DNA of 63,821 nucleotides, counting the filler, from Reticulomyxa filosa (Eukaryota > Protista > Foraminifera), in the NCBI GenBank assembly GCA_000512085.1. It is 12 parts of 12 records of this genome, joined end to end, with 100 filler letters (N's around TTAATTAATTAA, not from the genome) between each part and the next. Parts side by side here need not be neighbours in the genome. Positions count along the whole stretch, not along the records: positions 12,953 to 16,563 come from ASPP01010533.1; positions 16,664 to 30,197 come from ASPP01027725.1; 10 more parts are not named here. The stretch is one strand, 5' to 3'. Of the stretch, positions 12,953-25,174 are shown in pieces; position 1 is the stretch's first letter; each line of letters opens with the position of its first letter. The notes beneath the pieces are model-generated. The model was given only the letters and a program-made list of their open reading frames with translations, did no database searches and was not told the origin of the DNA. The position numbers and the translations under genes are program-made.

Positions 12953-13853
12953 AAAAAAAAACAACCAAACTTGTAAAATTGCCTAAATTGCGATTCGTTG
13001 GAAAGCGAGGTAATTTTTCCTTTGATTACGTTTTTGATATCTTGAATGGTGCTGCATCCTTGGGCTGAAAATCCATCGACAAACTCTTTGCGTTGAAACA
13101 AGCCCATCTCGGTGGAGTTCAAAAGCCAAGCGACTGCCAATGTTTCATGTCCTAGAGGAGGTGTTAAAAAAAAACAATACCAAGCCGTGTCAAAATATTC
13201 TCTTTTTTTTTTTCCTCCCCTCCCCTCCTTCCTTCACCCCCTTTATAATAGATTTTTTTAAAAGGGGGAAGTTCTGCCCCTTTTTTTTTTTTAAACCTAT
13301 AAAGTTTTTTTCTCAAAATTTTTAAGGAAGGAAGGGGGAGGAGGGGGGGAAAAGGCCTTTTTTTTTTTGAGTGTTTGAAAAGTTGTATTTCAATACCGTC
13401 AGGATTGACGCCAACATCTTTAAAGAATTGGATGGTCCCCTCCTCGGACATGATATCTTTATCCTCTTTGTCAGCGTATTTGTCAAACAATTTTCTCACT
13501 TTGTCTGGTGAGCCTGCTGATTTTTTTTCATTGTCATATTTGCTTGAGTTGTTAAAGTAATCATTCAAGGCCGCTTGGGCGTCCCATCTCTATTTATTAC
13601 AATGACCAACAAAATATTCTAACTAAAGTTGTCTTATATCAACAGTATATACATATATAAATATATATGTACTGTTGACTATGTGGCAATGTTGTTTCAT
13701 TAATTTTACGAGATCATCCACAAATGAGAGAAAAAAAAAAGACTTAACATTTGACTCAAGAATCTTCTGCGCAGTAGCGTCAGAAAGGTTGCCTGCAATA
13801 TCTTTAAATTCTTTGATTTTATTTTTTTTTTCGTTGCTGCTGAGAGAGGTCAC
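12953..13853 (-). CDS. DCN1: DCN1-like protein (defective in cullin neddylation), multi-exon, 3' partial
   Basis: UBA-like KIKEFKDIAGNLSDATAQKILES...WDAQAALNDYF, followed by LFDKYADKEDKDIMSEEGTIQFFKDVGVNP and LAVAWLLNSTEMGLFQRKEFVDGF...FRQFYKF. Confidence 0.9.
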
Positions 13854-14912
13854 TGCTCAAATACATTCGCATTATCAAAAGCCCCACCAAAAAAAAACAC
13901 TGTTTTAAATCAACTTCAACTATTCTCCAAACAGATAATATTTCCAAACATAAAGATGTTCACACTCAACTTAGATCAAATGGCGACACTGGTGCGACAA
14001 ATAAAGAAATCGGAGAAAGAGCGAAAGATTATATTGCAAAGAGCGCTCACAAATTATTATTTTTCGTTTGAATCCCGGACGCTGCTTTGGTGTACACTCT
14101 TCTTGTTTTACTGTCGCCACAACTCTTTTGACAAGCTTTTTTTGCTTTTACAAAATTGCTCGTCTCAAATACCTCGTGTTCTACTAATTATGGACTTGTT
14201 TTTTTAGAATTTTGTTAAATTGTGCATTACGATTCAATTTACAAACTTTAATTGTCTCACATTTTTTAAAGATACATACTCAAAGACAGCATACCACACT
14301 AACTACAATTAATATAGAGATAAATACTAAACGATATTTTTGAGCTTTGAAAACGCTTAAAAAAGTAATAAACTTTATTTAAAAGAATATTATTATTTAC
14401 TGATAATACAAATTGATATAATATTTTACTTTAGCAGAATGATCAAAGTATTTGAAACTATCAACTTTTGACTTTATGCAAAGCTAGTAGTTTTATGTTT
14501 ATTGACATTTTACAAGGATAATTTTAAGGTGTATCGTCGTGAGTTATTTGATAATGCTGATGAATTTGGAGACATTTGCCCACCATCTTTAGTGTTTATC
14601 TTTGTTTTTTTAATGTTTTGGTTTATTCGTTGCCAATGAGAAAAGTAAATTTTTTATGATCGCTTTAAGTTCACAAATGAGGTGTATTACAGATAAACGA
14701 TAATATGAGTACTAATGAATAAAAAATAAAAAATCACTCGAAAGCAATTACTTAACAGAAATTGGGACTACAACAGTTTTTCGGTAGGCTTAGTTTTTTT
14801 TCTTGTAACGCTCCTCAAGTGTTCACCAAGTAATAGTAACTACATAGTGTAATTGAGAGTATTCTGCCTGTCTTTCTTTGGAAAACATTGAAAGAAACAG
14901 GACAGAAAGGAA

Positions 14913-16415
14913 ATGACAGCGCTGACAAAGAAAGAGCAGGAATCAAGTTTAAACCGCATCTCTTTTACAAGTAATGGCGAAGAGTGGGCCTTTGAAAAAA
15001 TACCAGATAAGGTGCGTCGAATGCTTTTTTTTTTTTGAAAGAAAAGAGCAGAAGGGAATACAACACAACACTCATACACCAACATTTGACTTTTTATTTC
15101 ATTGTTGTGTCCTTCATTCCCTTAAAAAAAAAACGGTATATAGAAAGAAGTGGCCTTTTCGATAGGAAACAAAAACTATGGGAAAGTGACAAAAATCATA
15201 ATTAGCGAACGCAACCTGACGGTAACAGTGCACATAGGTAGACAGAAACTCGAAGGGCAAATACCACTACAAAAATGGTCAAGTATTTTGACAGCAATAA
15301 AAGGGCTGGACGAATACGTAACCGTGGAAATGGAAAAACAGCGTATGCTAATGGCAAAAATGTTAGCCGCTATGAATGGGCGAAGTAACTTTGACTTTTA
15401 CACACCAGTTTTCTAAAAAAAAAAATCAAACCATTCAAATTTTTTTTTTCTCTTTTTTTTTTATTTATTTAACAAATAAAAAGTATATGTATACGTAACC
15501 ATAAAAATTGGGAAGTTAATGGAACGCGAATGTCCGGAAACGTGCGAAAAGATAACACGTGATGTGTTGCTGCAAATGCTGAAGAGAGAAAACGAGCTGC
15601 GGTTAAGCAAAGAAGCGTTGGAAGAAATAGAGATGGAATCGCGTGAGTATGATGGCAATGACAATGAAAATGAAAGTAATAAGAATAAGAAGGAACATGA
15701 GAATGAGAAAGTACACATTCCAATGAGTATAATGAAATGGCAAGAGCGTGTAGTGAGAGAGTTTGGATATGAAAGTAACGATGAGGTGAACTATGCATTA
15801 CAGACATTGCGATCGGCTCGTCGATTGTATCCAAATGACATGGAGATCAAAGATGCAACGTATTATTTGAAATATAATCGCATTAATCGTGGCACATTGG
15901 GCGTGGGCGATGAATGGAAGGATGTGACACTAATGACATGCAATGCGCAAGCCAAGAAATTGAGTGATATAATTAGAGAACAAGATGTGAATAAACCGAC
16001 TGTACTCATAAGTGGAAGCATAACCTGACCACCCTTTCGTGTCAATGTCGGTTATTTGAATACAATGTTTGATGCGTTTTCACAGTCTTTCAATTTTGTA
16101 TTTGTATACATTTTGGAAGCTCATGCCTCGGATGAATGGCCCATCCGAACCAAACCGAATTTATGCATCAAACAACATGCATCGCTTAAAGATCGATGCT
16201 CTTTGGCTATTCGTTTAATTGACGAATTCCATTTTCAAATACCTGTTTTCGTTGACACGATGGATAATTGTTTTCAAACCACGTATGCTGCTTGGCCTTT
16301 ACGTGCGTTCCTTTTACATCACTCCACTATTCAATTCATTTTGCAACCCAAATGGCCTGGTTACTATGATCTTAAAGATCTATTAACCCAATTATCACAA
16401 TACTCTTCTTCTTAA
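14913..16415 (+). CDS. Iodothyronine deiodinase-like selenoprotein (TGA=Sec at 16026-16028) with a long N-terminal extension. Predicted exons 14913-15011, 15144-15384, ~15484-16415
   Basis: ORFs 15519-16028 and 16056-16415 are in the same frame and separated only by TGA. Readthrough gives KPTVLISGSIT-U-PPFR...FVFVYILEAHASDEWP...IKQHASLKDRCSLA...VFVDTMDNCFQTTYAAWPLRAFL, matching the deiodinase motifs GSCTUPPF, YIxEAHxSDGW and VDxMxN...YxAxPERL. The first intron (GT 15012/AG 15143) is phase-consistent. The third exon's acceptor is less certain. Confidence 0.92.
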
Positions 16416-16914
16416 AAGAAGAAGAAAAAGAGTTGGAGTTTATTTTTTCTTTTTTTTTTGGAATGTTGTTCTTGTTCATTCTCAAATAGTTGGATGCACA
16501 TCAAAATAAAATTGATGGAAAGTTAACTATAAAAAAATAAATTTCAGTTCATTTATTTTTTTTNNNNNNNNNNNNNNNNNNNNNNNNNNNNNNNNNNNNN
16601 NNNNNNNTTAATTAATTAANNNNNNNNNNNNNNNNNNNNNNNNNNNNNNNNNNNNNNNNNNNNAAACTTGCTTTCAACTTTAGTAGATTTTTGTGCTTGT
16701 CAAAATCGGAAATTAACGTTTCTAAAATCACAGATGTTTAGTTGACAATAAAAGGAAACGAATATCTTATACGTGAATAAGATTAAAGAACTATCATTCC
16801 GACAATTCCTTTTACAAAACAATTTTTCGAAAGATTCCCAATGTGAGAAATTGATGGCATATTTGTTGTTTGCTTAAAACGAATAAGCATTGACAATTAA
16901 AGGAAAGACACTTT

Positions 16915-18597
16915 TTATTTACTGCGATAAAACCTTCTCAAAAAAGCTAGAGTAAGGACTAACAAATGTTCATAAATCACAAATTTTATTGCAGAATTCA
17001 AAACAGTTTGAAATAGCTTTGCATTTAAACCACTGTACAACGCTTCAATATCTCCTTGCATTGCTCTCCTATTTAATTTTTTTATTTGTATTTTCCATGA
17101 AACAAGACAAAGCAAAAAAAAAATAAAAAAAAATGAACTGAAAGAGGAAATATCCACAATCTCTCATATTTTTGAATTTGGTATTCTTTTTTTGAAGCAT
17201 GGTTTTCATGACTTGCAAAGGATAAGTACAATACGTTGCAATTGCTTTTGCGACAGCACCACAAATGAAATAATGCATTGTAGTCTTTTTTTTATATATA
17301 CAAACAAAGTGTGCATAAAAATTAATGTGCATTTACATATACAACATATTATATAAGTATAAAATGATAACTAAAGTAGATTGACGCATAAGCTTCTTAA
17401 GCAATTGAACACTCCACTCGTAAACAACAAATTGAATGATAGGATTGGTGACCAAGGCCATGGAAGGACCTAATCCTTTAAACAGCCCGGACATTCCATG
17501 TTTTTGATATATTTGTTCCACCGCATCTATTTTTTTTTTTTATAAGTATTTATTATGTGTACATATTTTTTCCCAAAAAAAAAATCAACCAACCAAAAAT
17601 ATTTTGATAAGATTGTTCGGCTTGATCTTTGGGAAGTGGTTGTTTGTGTTTACGATCCTCTTTGGAGTGGTCATGATCATGATCAGACTCAGTATCACCA
17701 TCGGCATCAGTGTCAACATCGGTATCGGGATCGTGGCCATCTCCTTTTGGAGTGTGATTTTGAACGGGCAATTCGACTTGTTTGGAATCGAGTTCCAATT
17801 GTTGAGTGCGTTTTTGTTGCAACATTAACTGCGTTTGGGCAGTCCAATACGGCGTTGTCAAAAGCACATTGACAACACCACCAATGGTGCTTATCCACAA
17901 ATTTCGCCACGGAGATACGTCTCTTCGGCGATACAGCTTTTGCTTCAAATACGCAACGATATAAAAATACGACAAGTCCGAGACAAATATTCCTCCCAAT
18001 TGAGAGCCCATTGCTTTATAAAATCCACTTATTCCTTTTTTATATACATGTATATATGTATGATGTATATACATCATATAATGTACGTATATAATATCTT
18101 TTGTTTGTATTGTAAAAAAAAAAAAATAAAATAAAAATAAAATATTACCTTCTTCTGCAAAAATTTCTTGAATAACATTAACCATTGAGTATTTTGATGC
18201 CATGTGCAAATGCAATGCTTCTTCCACTTCTTTCATTCCTCCTTTGCTCACTCGATATATTCTTTGCAATGGACTGTCTTCTACTCGCTTTCGTTCGTCA
18301 ATTGACGTAAGACGATCTTCATGCTCTTCCTTTGACTTTGCTGATGTACTCTTTGGAAAAGCATCAACTTGTGCTTGCAGTCTACAGCGAACCATGTCCA
18401 ATGGATATATTATCGCCATAGCCAATACCCCACCTAATTTGTTTCAAACATTTCTTTTTTTCTTCTTCTTCTTTATTTGTATTCAAACATTTCAAAAAGG
18501 AAAAAGAATAAAAAATGATACGACAAAACAAACCCGAAGCTCCTGCCAAACCATGTGCAGTAGCAACGATATTCGCTGGATCTGAAGGCCTTGACAT
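16915..18597 (-). CDS. Mitochondrial-carrier family protein, peroxisomal PMP34/SLC25A17-like, multi-exon
   Basis: Three carrier signature motifs (YPLDMVRCRLQ, TPYWTAQTQL, YPLQVMKTMLQ), plus GLGPSMALVTNPIIQFVVYE and YSGLNAKLFQTVLNSA. Confidence 0.88.
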
Positions 18598-18767
18598 CAC
18601 TAATTATCGAAAGGGTCCACCCCTAGTGAACATGTATGCTTTTTTTTCTTTTCCTTTTAAAATTAAAAGTATTTCCATAGCTTATGCGTTTATTAAACTT
18701 AAGTTTTACTTATTAACATTTATTTAAATGAAGTTATTACGAAAAATAATTTTAAATGATTTTATCT

Positions 18768-19310
18768 TCATTTTGTAGTTGGGGATACAGATTTAAACAA
18801 AGAAAAAGAATTCAGATTGGCTTCACAATAAACCTTGCCATCTTCAAATTTTTCCATTACTTTAAAACCCGATTTTTGTACCCAAGACCACATAGTGGTA
18901 AATTTTTCTGGGTATGTGCTGATGGAAATTGTGTCAATTGTATGAGGAATATGTTCGATAACATAGTTCCACAATCGTGTAAAATGTCCTTTTCCTTGCA
19001 TTTCTGGGATGACCCCAGCTTGCCAAATATGATAGGTCATATGCTTTTTTGATGCCTCTTTATTTTCATCCTCACTTCCATTTTTATTTTGTAACGATGA
19101 ATGTATACCATCACACTCACGGATGTATACAACCAAAAATGCAGATCGGTCCAACGTCAAAATTTTTCCTTTGTTCGTTGCTACCCTGTCTTGCCACAAC
19201 TTTGCACTGGAATATTTGTCGTCATGTCCAAAAACTTGATCATGGATTTTTAGAGCACTTTCAACATCTCCTTCTACAACTGCGCTGTTCTCAACCACCT
19301 CTGCTGACAT
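18768..19310 (-). CDS. GNAT-family N-acetyltransferase (intronless)
   Basis: Acetyl-CoA-binding motif A (HIWQAGVIPEMQGKGHFTRLW) and C-terminal MWSWVQKSGF. The start is chosen at MSAEVV; the ORF is open to 19379. Confidence 0.75.
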   Translation of the reverse strand: MSAEVVENSAVVEGDVESALKIHDQVFGHDDKYSSAKLWQDRVATNKGKILTLDRSAFLVVYIRECDGIHSSLQNKNGSEDENKEASKKHMTYHIWQAGVIPEMQGKGHFTRLWNYVIEHIPHTIDTISISTYPEKFTTMWSWVQKSGFKVMEKFEDGKVYCEANLNSFSLFKSVSPTTK

Positions 19311-19644
19311 TGGCTTTTTTCTTTCTTGGGTCCTTTCTCTTTTAGAAGTTGTACAACTTGTTTTAAAACAAAATGTCATACCATTTAAAAAGTAAGCTTA
19401 GTTGAATTGGTCTTTTTCATTCTATTAAAAAACCAAAGATGACTTTTTTTTACATATGCAAGACAGTAAATGAAATCTTTAACAAGCCAACACCAGCGAT
19501 TCAGAAAGGGAGGGACGTTAAGAAAGAAAAAAAAAAGTAGGGAGAAACAGCAAGACATATACAAGAGCGGCCCATATCTTGCACGCTGGATAATCCATCT
19601 TGTCGAATCAAGATCGTCCATCTCTCCCAAGAAAGCAATAACAA

Positions 19645-20967
19645 ATGAGTGTCCAAAAAGAAGCAAGCGGTTCATCCTCAAGTACAACGGAGACGAAGGA
19701 GACGGAGAAAAGTGAAGCAGTAGGGTACAAAACGTGTGGGATATGGGAAGTATATAACAATATATTTTCAAAGACTGTATTTGTATTGGACATTCGTCCG
19801 CAAGAAGAATATGAAAAAGGACATGTGAAAAACGCAATAAATTTTCCAGTGCCAAAGCACATTACAATAAATGAACTGAAGACGAACTTTGCATCGGTGC
19901 AAGAAGAGCTGAACTTGAAAAAGTTCCAACAAATGGTTCTAGCCAAAGTGAGTTCCCTTGCGAGTGCAACCAATCAAAAAACGCTGGTCCAATCACTGGT
20001 CATCTATTGCTACGGCGACAAAACTGACACCTATCAATCGCGTTATTTGGTTACCTATCATTTGTCGCTAATGTACAAATTCTCTCCCCAAAATTTTATT
20101 GTCATGAACGACGGCTTTGACGAGTTTGTCCAACACTTGTCTTTCCTGTGCGAACCCAACGCCAATGCCAACAGTGATAATTCACAAGTCGACTCCAAAC
20201 AATCCGATGGTTCTGATGCTTTTGTCAATGAGTTTATGGATGATTGCAGCATTTATCCAATTGCATTGTTGACAGTCGTTTATTTTTAGGTTTGAATTTT
20301 CTTTTTTTTTTTTTTTTGGAGGGTGGGTTTAAGGGTGAACTTTTTTTTTAGCCCCTTTTTTTTTAACTGAACTTTTTTAAGATAAACTTTTGGGGACCCC
20401 TTTTAAAAGCAAACTTTTTCGGAAGCCCCCTTTTTTAAGTTTTTTTTTTTTAAGTATGTGTAAAAAATTTCCAGGAAATTCGGGCCACGCGGCGAACAAA
20501 AAAGTGCTGGTGGAGCAATTGAAAATAACGCATGTTTGAATATGACGTCAACCATTCCCAATAACTTTGAAAAGAATGGGGTGAAATACTTGCAAATCGA
20601 AGTGGAAGACGACACGAGTGAAGACTTGTTCAGTCGATTCGATGAGTGTGTTCGGTTCATTGAGAACGGACTGAAAACATCTTCGAATAAAGTATTTGTG
20701 CATTGTGAAATGGGAGTGAGTCGGTCCAGCACCGTTGTCATTGCGTATTTGATGCATACGTATCGCTGGAACTTGTACGACGCTTTTGTACATTGCTATC
20801 AAAGAAGAAACATCATTCGTCCCAATGACGGCTTTCTGCTCCAACTTGGACGGTTGGAGAAAAAACTATTCGCCCAACAGGACGACGATACGTGGAAAAA
20901 CAGTGTTCAAAAAGTTCAAACCACTATCAAAGAGTTGTTCTTGCAAAAAATGATGAATCAAATGTAA
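19645..20967 (+). CDS. Dual-specificity (MKP-like) protein phosphatase with N-terminal rhodanese domain; intron ~20276-20474
   Basis: Rhodanese motif LDIRPQEEYEKGHVKNAINFP; catalytic VHCEMGVSRSSTVVIAYLM and IRPNDGFLLQL. Confidence 0.9.
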
Positions 20968-21363
20968 TACCTTTTTTTTTTCCCCTCAAAAAGTTTTCAC
21001 TTGGCAACTTATGCAATTTGAAGCTGTATTAAAAACTCAAGCAAAAAAAAAATTTTGGTTTAATAAAGATATGTTTTGTACTGCTCCTTGAACGACTGTC
21101 GCTATATTAAGACATCTACGGATAGAGCTGATACAATTATGTTTGTTTTCGATCTTTTTCATTATTGAGTGCCATTTAGTTGGTGAAAACAAAAGCCAAA
21201 TTTGTATAGAAAAAAAATTTCAATAAATTAAAAACATAATGTTAAATAATAGGTGTACAGTTTTTTTTGAAAATTGCTGCAAAAAAACGTCAAAATATAG
21301 TGGAATAAAAAGAAATATCTTTATGTTTTCGCTATATTTTGATATTTCTTGTTTGAAAAGATA

Positions 21364-22762
21364 TTATCCTCGAATATGAATAAAACCTTTGCGTGAACCA
21401 TAGCACAAGCTCATTTTAATAATATCTTCTCCCCTTTGTATTAATAGAAATTTAAGACTACATATTCCATTATCTTTATTTTTTCCTTGGATTAAATAAA
21501 ATTCTTTCTTATTTGATCGAATATCCCAAAAACGAATTGTATTATCATTTGACGCAGAACACACTAAATGTTCATTAAAGTATTTGCTAGGCTTTGCTAT
21601 AAATGGTGAATACTCAACTGCATTTACAAAATTTGTATGCCCATTGAACACGTAACTTTGTCGGTCAGATCGAATATCCCACAAACGAACATTTTTATCA
21701 TCTGATCCGGATAATATTGTATTTGCTAATTTATTTGATCCATATTTTACACTTTTCACTATACCTTTATGTCTGTTGGATTTAGTAATTTGCTTGGCTG
21801 TTTCAATATCCCATATTCGAATGGTATTATCCCATGACCCAGAACAAATAGTATATCCATTACCACCAATCACTCCAATACTATTACTTTTATCATAATC
21901 ATAATTGTTTTGATTACTTTGCAGTGGTGAAAAAGTCACACAACAAACAATATTTCTATGCTTTTTGAAAATATATAATGTTTTGGATGTTTCGACATCC
22001 CATAGGCGAATAGTTTTGTCACTAGATCCAGAACATAAATATCGACCAAAATTAAATGACGAAAATTCAATTCCATAAACAGCACTATTGTGTCCTTCGA
22101 ATACTTCCAATTGTTGTTTTTTTTTGAAATCCCAAAAATGAATTGTATTATCATGTAATGAAGAACAAATGACATCATGACGATGATATGGTGAAAACTT
22201 TACACAATTTACATTACTTGAATGTTCATTGAATTCGATCTGCTCGTTCTTCTTAACATCCCATACACGAACTGTTTTATCAGATGATGCAGAACAAATT
22301 AATTGATGATGGAATGTTGAATAATCAATGCTAGTCACACAAGAAGTGTGCTCTTTGAAAGTCTTGAGTAATTTAGACGATGAACGAAATGTATCAAGCA
22401 TGAAGAACGTACTTGTCTGTGTTAAATGTTGGTCATGGGTTACTTGAACATTTTGATTGTGATTAAATGAAAACAAAACAAATTAACATACGTAATTCAT
22501 AATCAAGTTGTTAATGTCATTAAACAACTTTGATTTAGTGTTTGATTCTCGAAACCAATATCTAACAATTTTTTGAGCGTCATCTCCTACCTGATTTAAT
22601 CGCAAACCATAATAAATGCAATACACATAAAAGAGCTTACAGAGAACTAGCTTTCTGAAACATACAAATAAAGATTACCAACGATAATTGCTTTGATTTT
22701 CGTTCTTTGTTGCCCAAACAAGTTGTTCTTTTATTTCCTTTCATTTTCTCTATTGAACTCAT
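21364..22762 (-). CDS. WD40-repeat protein (expanded lineage-specific family)
   Basis: Repeated ICSGS.D.TIR.WD motifs, SNSIGVIGGNGYTICSGS, and upstream exons including AQKIVRYWFRESNTKSKLFNDINNLIMNY. Confidence 0.88.
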
Positions 22763-23769
22763 CTCAAATGATGAAAGAGGAAACAATGATTGAACTTTTT
22801 CACAACGTGACAAAAAAAAAAAATCAGTTATGACAAACTAATTTCATGTTTTAAAAGGCTTTTAACAAAATTTTGAAAATGAGAAATGAAATTAGAAAAC
22901 TTACTGTCAATTACCATTTGAAAATTTGAATAATTGTCTTAATGCAACGTATCATATTTCAATTATATTGTCAGTTGACGAAGGGTCAATCTTTTACTGC
23001 TTTTTCTGGATGACTTATTACATATAACCAAATACATTTATGTTTAAACAAAGACAGCTGAGCTTCTGTTTTGCCATACCCGCTGTATTGTTGACTTGTT
23101 ACAATATCAGGAACTCACTTGATAATGGATTGCGTTGTTACGTTGTCTTAAGTACTGTTCTCCAGTCTTTATATAATGTCCGTTTTGAGCATTTCAAGAT
23201 TGAACTATTCAAACCAACTTATATCTCTAGACCGGATGGAAGATACTTATATTATGATTTGCTTTTGATCAAATGGAATATGGATTTGTCAGCACAATTC
23301 AGAATAAAGGATTTCTTTTGCCGTGGGAGCCTATCAAATTGCTTGGATCTACTCAGTTACAATACTCTTGATTGAAGTATACTGTCAATGTTCTGCATTC
23401 CGATATTCTAATAACCACTCTCAACAGTAGTAACCTTTTTGTCATTTGGAAAAGTATATTGTGGTTACTTATGTTGGTTGATGTTTTTCTTATTGATTCT
23501 ATAAGCTGCGCATATTTTTCTTTTTGTAACAATTTAGAGTAATTCAACTTTTTCTTGTTTTGGGCTTTGACCTATTTTTGATTTCCTAAATGATGACTGT
23601 TTATCATAACAATAAGCAACTAAGAAGTTTATTTGTTATTACTCATAATTACAAATTCGACTGATTCAAACTGTAAAAAAACAATCTAATTGGGAATGAC
23701 AAAACATATTTTTTAAAATAAAATAAACTGTTTTGTATTATTATAAATATCAAAGAAAACAAGGTATTC

Positions 23770-24440
23770 ATTTATGAGATGTTGAAAATCCAAATAATTA
23801 GTCTTTTCAATGGACATGAAAAAAGTGTTTAATGTGTTGATATTTCATCATTGCAAAACAACAACAATAACAATAATGAAAGCAATAGTATTGGTGTGAT
23901 TGGTGGTAAGGTTATGCTATTTGTTCTGGATCATGGGATAAAACCATTATTACACGGGATATTGAAACAGCCAAACAGTTAACTATTTTCAAAGGACATG
24001 AGAATATGGTGATAAGTGTAAAATACGGATCAAATGAATTAGGAAATATTGGTGGTTCAAATACAATATTATCTGGAGCAGGAGATAAAAGTGTTCGTTT
24101 GTGGGATATTCGATCTTGTGATCAAATTCAAGTGTTCAATGGACATACAAGTTGGGTGAATGCTGTTGAATATTCACCATTTGTAATAAATAATAGTGAA
24201 ATTGGTGGTAGTTCAAATGTAGTATGTTCTGTATCATATGACAATACAATTCGTTTTTGGGATATTCGCTCAAATAAAAATGAATTGCATATGATCAAAG
24301 GAGACCATATAGAAGATTTTGGAATATATTGTCTTAAATTTTTAGAATTAAATAAGAAGGGTAAAAGAAATAATGATCGTGAATGTGGTATTAATATGTG
24401 TTATGGTTCACATAATGGAAATATTTGTATTTGGGGATAG
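23770..24440 (+). pseudogene. WD40 family pseudogene/fragment
   Basis: Paralog of the 21364 and 61766 genes, with an in-frame TAA at ~23830 and a frameshift at ~23910 (SIGVIGG then out-of-frame YAICSGSWD). The 5' part is missing. Confidence 0.8.
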
Positions 24441-24949
24441 AATAGTTTTTTTTTAAAAAAAAAATTTAACTGATTGTATTTTTTTTTAAGTAAATTAAAT
24501 AAATAAGTTTTCCCAAACAATGAACATTCATTTTAAGCATTCTATTCTATCATTAGACATACTATTTCTCAAACTAACTTATTTTCACACTTTATCTTCT
24601 TTGTTGTTTGTCGTTATTTATGTTCTCTTTTGATTTAACTATTTTATTTCTTATTGAAAAATCTCTCAGAGGGCAATACTTTCATATAAATTGTGGAATC
24701 AAATATAGATTATCATAAAAAAGCTATTAAAAAGAGGGTTATTCTTGAACTCATTAAAATACATATTCTGATCAATTAAAAATATAAATTAAATTATATG
24801 AACATGTTTACTAATAGAGGACAAGATATTTTTACTTGAACACAATATATGCTGTTATACAATAGCAATGCAGTTCGTAAATGTATCCCGTCCGTTAAAA
24901 AAAATTTACACAAAAAAAGCTTGGTGTGAAATAAAGCTCAGTGAAAGAT

Positions 24950-25162
24950 ATGAGTGGAGCGGAGGACGAGAAAACTCCAAAAGAACCAAAAATTACAGTA
25001 CTTCCAGTTTCTTTTGAAAATCGTGCTTTGATAAAAATTGGATTTTGCAATTGAATAAACAAGAACAATTTGAAAATTTTATTTGCAATTATCCTATCGA
25101 AATTGATTGCCCACAACACAAAATTATTAATGAGGCACCAATTGTTGGTGTTTTTTGCTAAC
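24950..25162 (+). pseudogene. Pseudogene of the RING/TRAF-like family (paralog of 54298-54677)
   Basis: MSGAEDEKTPKEPKITVLPV...CFDKNWILQLNKQEQFENFIC-NYPIEIDCPQHK...PIVGVFC* with a frameshift, deletion of the second RING Cys segment, and a stop directly abutting transposon sequence. Confidence 0.85.
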
Positions 25163-25174
25163 ATATAACAAAGA

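Noticed and set aside
20290-20470. Runs of G/C/T homopolymers inside introns (also 13150-13380 and 60790-60950)
   Set aside because: They look like low-quality stutter sequence after long poly-T tracts, not G-quadruplex or regulatory elements.
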